64,000 bases of DNA, taken from IMG/VR virus record IMGVR_UViG_3300045242_000006, positions 33,287 to 97,286 of that record, one strand, 5' to 3'. The notes beneath the pieces are model-generated. The model was given only the letters and a program-made list of their open reading frames with translations. It had not been told where the DNA came from and searched no databases. How positions within the stretch are numbered: the stretch's first letter is position 1; each line of letters starts with the position of its first letter. Shown piece by piece: positions 10,283 to 17,366 of the stretch. The translations under genes were made by a program, and so were the position numbers. Source of the DNA: a virus.

Positions 10283-10371
10283 TGGTCCCGCTTGGTCGGA
10301 ATCGAACCACGCAGCCAGAGGCAAGGCGTTTACAGCGCCCCGTAGCATCCCAGTGCTACTAGTCAATCGGG
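10283..10371 (-). tRNA. Atypical tRNA with GTA (Tyr) anticodon
   Basis: GGCG-CTGTAAA-CGCC; 6-bp D stem, ~8-bp acceptor with C1:G72. Confidence 0.65.
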
Positions 10372-10377
10372 TTTGTT

Positions 10378-10454
10378 TGGCAGGCAATAGAGGATTCGAA
10401 CCTCCCATCTTGTGATTAACAGTCACAGACCAACACCTAGTCAGATCATTGCCT
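10378..10454 (-). tRNA. tRNA-Asn(GTT)
   Basis: TGTGA-CTGTTAA-TCACA, GCCA. Confidence 0.88.
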
Positions 10455-10522
10455 ATAATTCTGATAGAGATTATATTTATACAGCACACTCTATCTGGCT
10501 GTACACGTGGGGAGCACATGTT

Positions 10523-10602
10523 TGGTAGGCCGAGTTGTTGGATTCGAACCAACGTCACCACATCTTACGTGCGGTATCCTGAGCCTCTAGACGAAACTCG
10601 AC
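10523..10602 (-). ncRNA. Atypical tRNA-like RNA (Glu-type D arm, loop CGUAAGA, extended 3' CUACCA)
   Basis: TTCGTCTAGAGGCTCAGGA D arm and canonical T arm, but G instead of U at position 33. Confidence 0.6.
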
Positions 10603-10607
10603 ATGTT

Positions 10608-10689
10608 TGGTAGCGAGTCCGTGAATCGAACACGTAAGCACTGGGATATGAACCCAGAGACAACACCAGTCAGTCTTAGCCGACTCGCC
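10608..10689 (-). tRNA. tRNA with CAT anticodon (Met/Ile2), 8/4-type fold
   Basis: GGCGAGTC/GACTCGCT acceptor, CGTG/CACG T stem, loop TTCATAT. Confidence 0.7.
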
Positions 10690-10696
10690 ATTTATT

Positions 10697-10770
10697 TGGT
10701 TGCTCGTAAGTGAATTGAACACCTCTCACTCGGTTATCAGCCGAACGCATTACCACTATGCTAACGAGCA
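10697..10770 (-). tRNA. tRNA-Ile(GAT)
   Basis: Loop CTGATAA, ACCA. Confidence 0.88.
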
Positions 10771-10906
10771 ATTTGTTTGTATCCCTGCTGGCTCTCAACT
10801 GCTTTATCTTGAGCCATTACCATCCGATCAAAGATGTATCACCTTCGTTTCCCGCAACCTTTTAAAAGCAGTAAAAGGAAGCTTCGTATCCGGCTCACAG
10901 GCGATT

Positions 10907-10981
10907 TGGTAGTCACTAGTGGGATCGAACCACTCTAAAAGGCTTCGTAGACCTTTGCCTAATCCAATCGGCCAAGCGACT
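10907..10981 (-). tRNA. tRNA-Arg(ACG)
   Basis: Loop CTACGAA. Confidence 0.88.
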
Positions 10982-10987
10982 ATTATT

Positions 10988-11061
10988 TGGTGCCCCATCA
11001 CAGAATCGAACTGCGTTCTCAGCGTTACAAAGGCCGAGTAATACCAATATACTAAAAGGGC
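10988..11061 (-). tRNA. tRNA-Thr(TGT)
   Basis: Loop TTTGTAA; C:C mismatch at the base of the anticodon stem. Confidence 0.8.
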
Positions 11062-11128
11062 GGAATTCTTAGGAGCTATAACGTGCCCGAGACGTACAGT
11101 ATTTAGGGGCTACTGTAAAGGCCAGCTT

Positions 11129-11203
11129 TGGCGGTCCTACGGAGAATCGAACTCCGTTCCCTCGCTAGACAGGCGAGTATAATAACCGTTATACGATAAG
11201 ACC
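11129..11203 (-). tRNA. tRNA-Asp(GTC)
   Basis: CTCGC-CTGTCTA-GCGAG, GCCA. Confidence 0.88.
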
Positions 11204-11207
11204 AAAT

Positions 11208-11283
11208 TGGAGCAGTTGACCGGATTCGAACCGGCGTCTTCTTGGTTGAAAGCCAAGCATCCTATCCGCTAGACGACAACTGC
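11208..11283 (-). tRNA. tRNA-Glu(TTC)
   Basis: CTTGG-CTTTCAA-CCAAG. Confidence 0.9.
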
Positions 11284-11690
11284 AAAATTCCTGCATGTAC
11301 CTTCCGATGGCAATTAGAGCAAAGGATGACACATTTTCTAATCTCTGCCTTTAACGTGTTTGTTGAGTACGTTAATAGGTTACTTGGGTTTGCATCTTTG
11401 CCAGATGGATCAGTGTGATGAAGGTCCAAAGCTACTGGCTCTTTCTCACAGCAAACCAAACATCCGAAAAATGACTTGAACCGTCTCATTAAGTTTCTGT
11501 TGTACTCTCTTGTCTCGGCATTTCTTGCTTTGATAGAGCTTCTACGATTCTCGTTTGTGACGTAACCACTATTATTCTGTGCTTTCTGACAATCACGACA
11601 CCTTGTCTGTAGTCCATCAGGCTTAACCTTATTCTTATTGAACTCAGACCGAGGCTTTAACTCATCACAGACTTTGCAGTGTTTTGTCAT
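11262..11690 (-). CDS. HNH endonuclease
   Basis: CxxC pairs, LDLHH, C.ILCSNCHRKVH. Confidence 0.85.
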   Translation of the reverse strand: MTKHCKVCDELKPRSEFNKNKVKPDGLQTRCRDCQKAQNNSGYVTNENRRSSIKARNAETREYNRNLMRRFKSFFGCLVCCEKEPVALDLHHTDPSGKDANPSNLLTYSTNTLKAEIRKCVILCSNCHRKVHAGILQLSSSG

Positions 11691-11812
11691 TTGCCGCTGA
11701 CAGGGTGTTTGTCTTTGCGGGCTTTGTTCGGATGACGACCTTTGCTATCTTTCAAGCGAGTCTTATCAACCGGAGTGTGTTCTTTTGTTGCATCGTATGG
11801 ACGTTGTGCCAT
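11687..11812 (-). CDS. Small basic 41-aa protein (MAQRPYDATKEH...)
   Basis: AAGGAG RBS; ATGA overlap with the HNH gene; TTGACA promoter at ~11846-11874. Confidence 0.6.
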   Translation of the reverse strand: MAQRPYDATKEHTPVDKTRLKDSKGRHPNKARKDKHPVSGK

Positions 11813-11904
11813 TTCGTTTCTCCTTAATGTCTAGTTCATATGAGTATTTAAACACGACAATTGTACATTGTCAAGCGTTTATTTAAAATTATTTGCACTA
11901 TCTT

Positions 11905-11979
11905 TGGTAGACCTGCTTGGGATCAAACCAAGACTAACTCTTTAGAAGAGAGTTGTGCGATTCACTACACTACAAGTCC
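11905..11979 (-). tRNA. tRNA-Arg(TCT)
   Basis: ACTCT-CTTCTAA-AGAGT. Confidence 0.85.
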
Positions 11980-11985
11980 AATGTT

Positions 11986-12058
11986 TGGCGGGCACCCTTC
12001 GATTCGAACGAAGCTGGAAGTGATTTGGAGTCACGACTGGTCGCCAAGACCGACACCC
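11986..12058 (-). tRNA. tRNA-Trp(CCA), atypical D arm
   Basis: GTGA-CTCCAAA-TCAC, GCCA. Confidence 0.7.
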
Positions 12059-12065
12059 CTTAATA

Positions 12066-12195
12066 CGGTTGCAAGTGAGGAAGGATTTGAACCTTCTCAT
12101 TGTGAGGCGCATGCTTCCTCAGTGACGAAATCAAACAGAAATCCTTACCTCTATTCCGGGTTACGCTCCCGCTCTACTCCCATAGTCACTTGCAA
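12066..12195 (-). ncRNA. Expanded-cloverleaf tRNA-like RNA
   Basis: 10-bp terminal stem TTGCAAGTGA/TCACTTGCAA, T arm GAAGG-TTCAAAT-CCTTC, four further hairpins; promoter TTGACG-N17-TATAAA just upstream. Confidence 0.6.
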
Positions 12196-12295
12196 ATTCG
12201 AAGGAGACATTTATAACACGCAGTCTCCAGTGCGTCAATCAGAGAGTTGGTTTCTCTGTCACATCCCAAGGCGCTTGAAGCTTCAGGTTGTTCTG

Positions 12296-12850
12296 TTAGT
12301 AACCGTATCCATCGAATGGATTAGCGGTTACAGCTAAAGGTGCAAAGCCCATGCTCTGGAATTTATCAGTTGTAATCTTCCAGCCGAGACGCACCCTCAA
12401 ATCTTTCGTATCAGACCAAGGCTTAACAAGGTAGTACTCAAATCCTACAAGCTTGTCTCCATCTTTGAGCTTGGAGAGCATATACCCCGGCACTTTAACC
12501 TTATCAGAGATATCAGGGTTTCCTGTCGTCTCAATTGTAAACGACTCTGACCAAGATAGTCCAGTCATTTTTGAATATCCGTACAAGGGATTCCTGAACA
12601 TCCAGAATACTCTATTTACGTAACCTTTGATGCCAGTCGTTTCATTTACGAACGGTGCACGCGTAGTGACATATCCTTCATCACCTTGTGGTGGGTTGTC
12701 ATAGGTTCCCCAGATCCAGCCCCACGTGTACTCAGACTTATCATGGTCTTGCTCTCTTGTAAAGGCAGCAATGACTGGTGCTGTAAATGGTACAGTAAGT
12801 GTTAGGATAATGTCCAGTACAGAAAGTACAAACCACTTCAGATAAATCAT
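12296..12850 (-). CDS. Hypothetical membrane-associated protein in tRNA cluster
   Basis: Start MIYLKWF (GAGG RBS); the longer track ORF runs through tRNA-Gln; W.FRNP.YG motif. Confidence 0.75.
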   Translation of the reverse strand: MIYLKWFVLSVLDIILTLTVPFTAPVIAAFTREQDHDKSEYTWGWIWGTYDNPPQGDEGYVTTRAPFVNETTGIKGYVNRVFWMFRNPLYGYSKMTGLSWSESFTIETTGNPDISDKVKVPGYMLSKLKDGDKLVGFEYYLVKPWSDTKDLRVRLGWKITTDKFQSMGFAPLAVTANPFDGYGY

Positions 12851-12865
12851 AAATACCTCTTTGTT

Positions 12866-12940
12866 TGGCAGCGGGTGAAAGGATCGAACTTTCGTAACTG
12901 GATTCAAAGTCCAGCGCCTGTGCCACTCGGCCAACCCGCA
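12866..12940 (-). tRNA. tRNA-Gln(TTG)
   Basis: CTGGA-CTTTGAA-TCCAG. Confidence 0.9.
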
Positions 12941-12946
12941 ATTAAT

Positions 12947-13020
12947 TGGTGCTCAATGAAGGAATTGAACCTCCGTCTGCTGCGTGTAAAGCAGCGGCCC
13001 TACCATTAGACGAATCGAGC
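12947..13020 (-). tRNA. tRNA-Val(TAC)
   Basis: GCTGC-TTTACAC-GCAGC. Confidence 0.9.
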
Positions 13021-13026
13021 TTTGTA

Positions 13027-13103
13027 TGGTTGGCCCTCTGAGATTCGAACTCAGAACATTCTCCTTTTGAGAGAGACGCGACTACCAATTGCGCCAAGGG
13101 CCA
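13027..13103 (-). tRNA. tRNA-Leu(CAA) lacking the long variable arm
   Basis: TCTCT-CTCAAAA-GGAGA. Confidence 0.8.
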
Positions 13104-13123
13104 TCTGTTTGGTGTTTCTAATT

Positions 13124-13236
13124 TGGTACGACAAGTAGGAATCGAACCTACTATACATCAGCCGCTAAGCTGATCTTAATGAGCAAAAGACCTATACCAC
13201 GCCTATAGGAAGTTTCGAACCCTCCACAACTTGTGT
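13124..13236 (-). ncRNA. Expanded-cloverleaf tRNA-like RNA ending ACCA
   Basis: T arm GTAGG-TTCGATT-CCTAC plus four hairpins. Confidence 0.6.
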
Positions 13237-13255
13237 CTCATCTTGCCGTATTGTT

Positions 13256-13349
13256 TGGCGGGTAGCAGAGGAGTCGAACCCCATCCGGCTCTCGCCAGAA
13301 CCTAGTTTTCAAGACTAGTCGCAGGACCAACCCCGCTGCATTACTACCC
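13256..13349 (-). tRNA. tRNA-Ser(TGA), 8/4 fold
   Basis: GGGTAGTA/TGCTACCC acceptor, 4-bp T stem, loop CTTGAAA, long variable arm, G73. Confidence 0.85.
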
Positions 13350-13473
13350 ATAAATTTTAGAGGTTCAACTTGGGACTTGTACCCCTGCCGGACTAATGCG
13401 TCATTCCGAGTGCGACCAGACCGCGAACCCTCACGTCTGTGCAGTTTTCTTATGGGTTGCGACCCCATCATCT

Positions 13474-13561
13474 TGGCAGTAGATACAGGATTCGAACCTG
13501 TGGGACTTTTACATCCTATGGTTTAGCAAACCACTGCAATCGGCCTCTCTGCCAATCTACT
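13474..13561 (-). tRNA. tRNA-Ser(GCT)
   Basis: Loop TTGCTAA, variable arm, GCCA. Confidence 0.9.
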
Positions 13562-13566
13562 ATATT

Positions 13567-13641
13567 TGGTTGGACGACTGGGAATCGAACCCAGCATGTT
13601 CGGATTAAAAGTCCGATGCCTGACCGCTTAGCTTCCGTCCA
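13567..13641 (-). tRNA. tRNA-Lys(TTT)
   Basis: TCGGA-CTTTTAA-TCCGA. Confidence 0.9.
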
Positions 13642-13645
13642 ATTA

Positions 13646-13963
13646 TTACTTAGCGAAATTAAAGACTGGAGCCAGCGGCTTATCTTCAAGTTCATCTGGA
13701 GCATCACTACCTTTTGCTAACTGCATCTTAATAGCGATGTCAGATTTATACAGCATATGGTACATGTTTACAAGCTCTTGTTTCATTCTAAATCTTTCTT
13801 TGATTGTCAGGGATGTATCATCGCTGATTGTGATCATCGTGTCAATAGCGCTTCCAAAAATCTTTTTAAGAATCCTCAATGCCACATCAAGTTCTGTCTT
13901 GGTAATACCACGTGCTGCCATTTCAGCCTTCGTAGGACGACCACCTTTATTCTTCTGTTCCAT
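13646..13963 (-). CDS. Probable terminase small subunit
   Basis: N-terminal KGGRPTK motif; heads the transcription unit leading to terL. Confidence 0.55.
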   Translation of the reverse strand: MEQKNKGGRPTKAEMAARGITKTELDVALRILKKIFGSAIDTMITISDDTSLTIKERFRMKQELVNMYHMLYKSDIAIKMQLAKGSDAPDELEDKPLAPVFNFAK

Positions 13964-14075
13964 TGCTTTCTCCAATTAATTGTGAGTGGTAGGCTTACTA
14001 CCCGAAAGGAGGAGGAAACAGGTATGCTCCACTCACGTAACTTGTTTAACAGACTGTTTCTGTCTAAGTACCGTA

Positions 14076-14103
14076 AGTATAACACGATTACACTATCTGT
14101 CAA
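14076..14103 (-). promoter_or_regulatory. sigma70-type promoter for terS/tRNA cluster
   Basis: TTGACA-N16-TATACT with TGn. Confidence 0.65.
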
Positions 14104-14127
14104 GCCCCTGTCAAACTATATTTTAAA

Positions 14128-14325
14128 TTAATTTTCTTTAATTGGCATTGGACCAGTCACACCATTAACTGGATATCGTCCGCACACATATTCTCTTTCT
14201 GTATATGAATTGTATACAAGATTTCTGCACACACTACAAAGGTCTTCTTCTTTATGTGCGAGCTTATTCCAAGAGGGTGTATCATTATTTAGTAAAGGTA
14301 CATCGCAAGCTTTGCAACGACTCAT
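14128..14325 (-). CDS. Small Zn-ribbon protein
   Basis: CKAC...CSVC. Confidence 0.65.
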   Translation of the reverse strand: MSRCKACDVPLLNNDTPSWNKLAHKEEDLCSVCRNLVYNSYTEREYVCGRYPVNGVTGPMPIKEN

Positions 14326-14409
14326 TATTAGGGTTTCCTTGTATTGGTTATTTATTCATACAATCTCCTTATATTCATTAGGTTAGGTGGTTGTATGTGT
14401 TGGTTAGTG

Positions 14410-14731
14410 TACTTGATCTGCTCATGACGCTGAGTTTCGTATTGGAAGATAGAATTACCCTAAGAAACGCCATACAGAAAAATCTGCCTAAGACGTAACT
14501 AAGGTTCTATCTTCCACACATCTCATGACGCTTGAGATCGTGATTGGCCTGCATGGGCAGGAGTCGATTGCTCGACAGATTCTGATCATTCCACCTTTCG
14601 GCGTCACCGCTACGCTTTAACCAGATTAGAACTCAGCTTGCCCAGTAGCACTCTCTTCATAGGCGTCCATCCCGAGGGACTTCCTGATGGCCGGTGAGTG
14701 GTGCTTTCGCAGACATATCTCTCCATCAGTT
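14410..14731 (-). ncRNA. Large structured non-coding RNA candidate
   Basis: No ORF; three GNRA hairpins, a 12-bp helix, duplicated loop motif; promoter immediately upstream. Confidence 0.6.
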
Positions 14732-14736
14732 TTTCC

Positions 14737-14797
14737 ATACTATCATGACAAATCTACCAAGTCAACCCCTTGACAAAAGCGGATTGTATGGTACTAT
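14737..14797. promoter_or_regulatory. Back-to-back divergent sigma70 promoters
   Basis: Minus: TTGACT-N17-TAGTAT. Plus: TTGACA-N16-TACTAT. Marks the strand switch. Confidence 0.75.
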
Positions 14798-14828
14798 CCA
14801 AACTTAATCAATTAACAAGGAGAACCTT

Positions 14829-15248
14829 ATGACTGACTACGTTGATGTAGTTGAACATAACCCAATCGTCTTCGTCAAGGCAATCTGTGAAAAGATTGCA
14901 GAAGGCTACGCAGTCCATAATACAATTGCTGGTTACCCAGATTTTGGTTTGTATGGGTGCAGGGTGCGGCTCTACAAGGAGCGTAAAGGTGCCACAGTCG
15001 TTGGTGGTGTAGGTGAGTCTAACCTCGTTGAGCAATATGACCCTATGGGCTTCCTGCTGAGTCTGGAGGCTGCTATGCTCGCAGGTTACACACTAAAGGA
15101 TAGCGGTAGACACTTGCTTCAGCCTGATGGTTTGAAGAGTGTGGAAATGGAGCTTGTCAAAAGCGAGCCAGCAACACCAGCAAAGAAAGCTCCTGCAAAG
15201 AAAGCTTTGAAGGCTGAACCAACAATTAATGAAATGGAGACTGAATAA
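14829..15248 (+). CDS. Hypothetical protein
   Basis: AAGGAG RBS, 139 aa. Confidence 0.8.
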   Translation: MTDYVDVVEHNPIVFVKAICEKIAEGYAVHNTIAGYPDFGLYGCRVRLYKERKGATVVGGVGESNLVEQYDPMGFLLSLEAAMLAGYTLKDSGRHLLQPDGLKSVEMELVKSEPATPAKKAPAKKALKAEPTINEMETE

Positions 15249-15250
15249 TT

Positions 15251-15607
15251 ATGGCAAAACTAACTAAAGCACAACGTGAATTCTTCGCAGACTTCGCTCG
15301 TAATGATATCAGCAACTCGCTATTTCCTATTCTGCATGCTCAAGGGCTGGAGTTTACGGAAGAGATTGCTAACGAGTTCTTGGACTTGGTTAATCTAGAT
15401 GCTTATACAGAAATTGTAGCTCAAGCGTTCCTTGAGCGTGTTGACTTCGTCACTATCAAGAAAATTGATAAGATCATGAAGAGTGATGAATTCCAAAATG
15501 TGATTGTCGCTTCTCATCAAGTGTCTGACGTTGTTCACGAAGAACGTATTCGAATCCTTACAGGTTTGATTCCAACTGAGGAAGGGTTTGGCGAAGAAGC
15601 AGAGTAA
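15251..15607 (+). CDS. Hypothetical protein
   Basis: GGAG RBS, coupled. Confidence 0.8.
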   Translation: MAKLTKAQREFFADFARNDISNSLFPILHAQGLEFTEEIANEFLDLVNLDAYTEIVAQAFLERVDFVTIKKIDKIMKSDEFQNVIVASHQVSDVVHEERIRILTGLIPTEEGFGEEAE

Positions 15608-15654
15608 TTCTCTTGAGGGCGAAAGCCCTCTCTTTCATGGAGGTGTTGTAAACT

Positions 15655-16419
15655 ATGGCAAAGCGTAATCAAGCAAAGGTGATTGGAAAGCGTTGGGAAG
15701 AAAAAGAAACTAAAGGTCGTGAAGTCAAACCTAAGTTTGAAGCAGCCCGTGAAGAAGGCCGCACACAACACGATACAAAGCCGCTACGCCCACGTAATGA
15801 TAAACAAGCACGCTACATCCAGTCTATCAACGAAAACCCTCTGACGATTGCCACAGGCTACGCAGGGACTTCTAAGACGTACATCCCAACTGTCATGGCA
15901 TGTGATGCCTACCTCAAAGGTGAGATTGACAAGATTGTGTTTGTTCGTCCTAATATTTCCAATAGTAAATCTCTTGGCATGTTTAAAGGGTCAGCTGTTG
16001 AGAAGATGGAAATGTGGCTGATGCCTGTAATCAACATCCTGAAAGATCGTCTGACTCCGGGTGGACTTGAAACAGCCATTGAGAATGGTAACATTCAGTA
16101 TGTTCCACTTGAGGTGCTGAAAGGCTTCTCTGCTGAACGTTGTTTCTTTATTGTTGACGAAGGCGAGGACATTAACCAAGAAGAAGCCAAGAATATCGTT
16201 ACCCGTCAAGGTAAAGATTGCAAGATGGTGATTAGTGGTGATGTAAGCCAGAGTGCATTGAAGTCTCATAGCGGTCTGAAGATGCTTACAAATATGGCGG
16301 AACGCCACAGCAATTTGCAGATTGGTTTTATCGACTTCAACCATGTAAATGACATCGAACGATCTGAGGCTTGCAAGCAATGGATCATCGCCTTTGAGAA
16401 AGATGAACGGGAGGTATAA
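15655..16419 (+). CDS. phoH: PhoH-like ATPase
   Basis: GYAGTSKT, VDEG, SGD..QS motifs. Confidence 0.9.
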   Translation: MAKRNQAKVIGKRWEEKETKGREVKPKFEAAREEGRTQHDTKPLRPRNDKQARYIQSINENPLTIATGYAGTSKTYIPTVMACDAYLKGEIDKIVFVRPNISNSKSLGMFKGSAVEKMEMWLMPVINILKDRLTPGGLETAIENGNIQYVPLEVLKGFSAERCFFIVDEGEDINQEEAKNIVTRQGKDCKMVISGDVSQSALKSHSGLKMLTNMAERHSNLQIGFIDFNHVNDIERSEACKQWIIAFEKDEREV

Positions 16420-17027
16420 TGAGCGAAGAAATGAATAGCAACAAGCCAAATCGCATCATGGTTAATCAACATGTTGCAAGTGAATACCACCTGAGACTGG
16501 CTCGCCCTATCACAGAAGTTGATGACTTCGAAGATGAGTTCCAGTTGTTCGCTGGTGCTGGAGAACGAGATGTTATCAAGATTGATATTGTTACGCCGGG
16601 TGGCTCCGTGGATACGGCACACATGTTGTGTCGTGCTATTGCTCGCACTGCTGCCCACACAATCGCCTACATCGGGCCAACGTGTGCAAGTGCTGGTACA
16701 GCCATCGCCCTTGCCTGTGAAGAGTGGGAGATTGACGATATGTCCTCTTTCATGGTACACACAGGAAGCTATGGCTACTACGGGATGGCGCCCCACGTCA
16801 AGGCCAACGTCGCTCACAACGATAAGATGATTGAGCGTTATGTGCGTTTGTCTTACACTGGATTCCTAACAGAAGAAGAAATCCTCAAGGTGTTGGATGC
16901 CAAAGAGATTTACTTCGAAGGTGAAGAGCTTGCACAGCGCCTGTCTGCGTACAGCCAATACCGTGAAGCAATGCGTGAAGCCTACGCTGCTGAAGAAGGG
17001 GTTGACACAGACCCATTTAGTGATTAA
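16419..17027 (+). CDS. ClpP-like protease
   Basis: TPGGSV, CASAG, FMVH motifs. Confidence 0.85.
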   Translation: MSEEMNSNKPNRIMVNQHVASEYHLRLARPITEVDDFEDEFQLFAGAGERDVIKIDIVTPGGSVDTAHMLCRAIARTAAHTIAYIGPTCASAGTAIALACEEWEIDDMSSFMVHTGSYGYYGMAPHVKANVAHNDKMIERYVRLSYTGFLTEEEILKVLDAKEIYFEGEELAQRLSAYSQYREAMREAYAAEEGVDTDPFSD

Positions 17028-17096
17028 GATTCACCCCATGAGCCAGCCGCCTAACACGTAGCTGGCCATTTTTATGCCTGTTGATTGGAGGGATTG

Positions 17097-17366
17097 ATGA
17101 GTAAGCAGAAGGTTACGGTAGTTGATTACGCAGAGTTTTCACGTTGGGATTTCATTCCTCCTGCCACGTTTTACATCAAGAATGCGATGGGTGCTTACAT
17201 TTTCATCCACACAGCAAAACGTCAAGTAGCCCAAGAATGGGTTGATGAAGAGTTTGGCAAAGGGCGTTATACAGTAAACACAAGCCGCTTACAGAAGGGT
17301 AAACCACTTGGGGAAGACAGCAAACCTGCCTTCGGAACCGCTACTAGAAGGGGTCAAAAACGATGA
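17097..17366 (+). CDS. Hypothetical protein
   Basis: GGAGG RBS. Confidence 0.7.
   Translation: MSKQKVTVVDYAEFSRWDFIPPATFYIKNAMGAYIFIHTAKRQVAQEWVDEEFGKGRYTVNTSRLQKGKPLGEDSKPAFGTATRRGQKR

Noticed and set aside
11085-11118. CUA 'amber suppressor' loop
   Set aside because: The loop is 9 nt, there is no D arm, TTC or CCA, and TAG is used as a normal stop in the window.
9454-13720. Short track ORFs overlapping the tRNA cluster (e.g. 10014-10229, 10277-10561, 11861-12337, 13238-13471)
   Set aside because: They translate tRNA sequence and have no RBS.
14410-14540. Hammerhead ribozyme or CRISPR reading of the duplicated CTCATGACGC motif
   Set aside because: No CUGANGA core in the correct context; only two imperfect copies; no cas genes.
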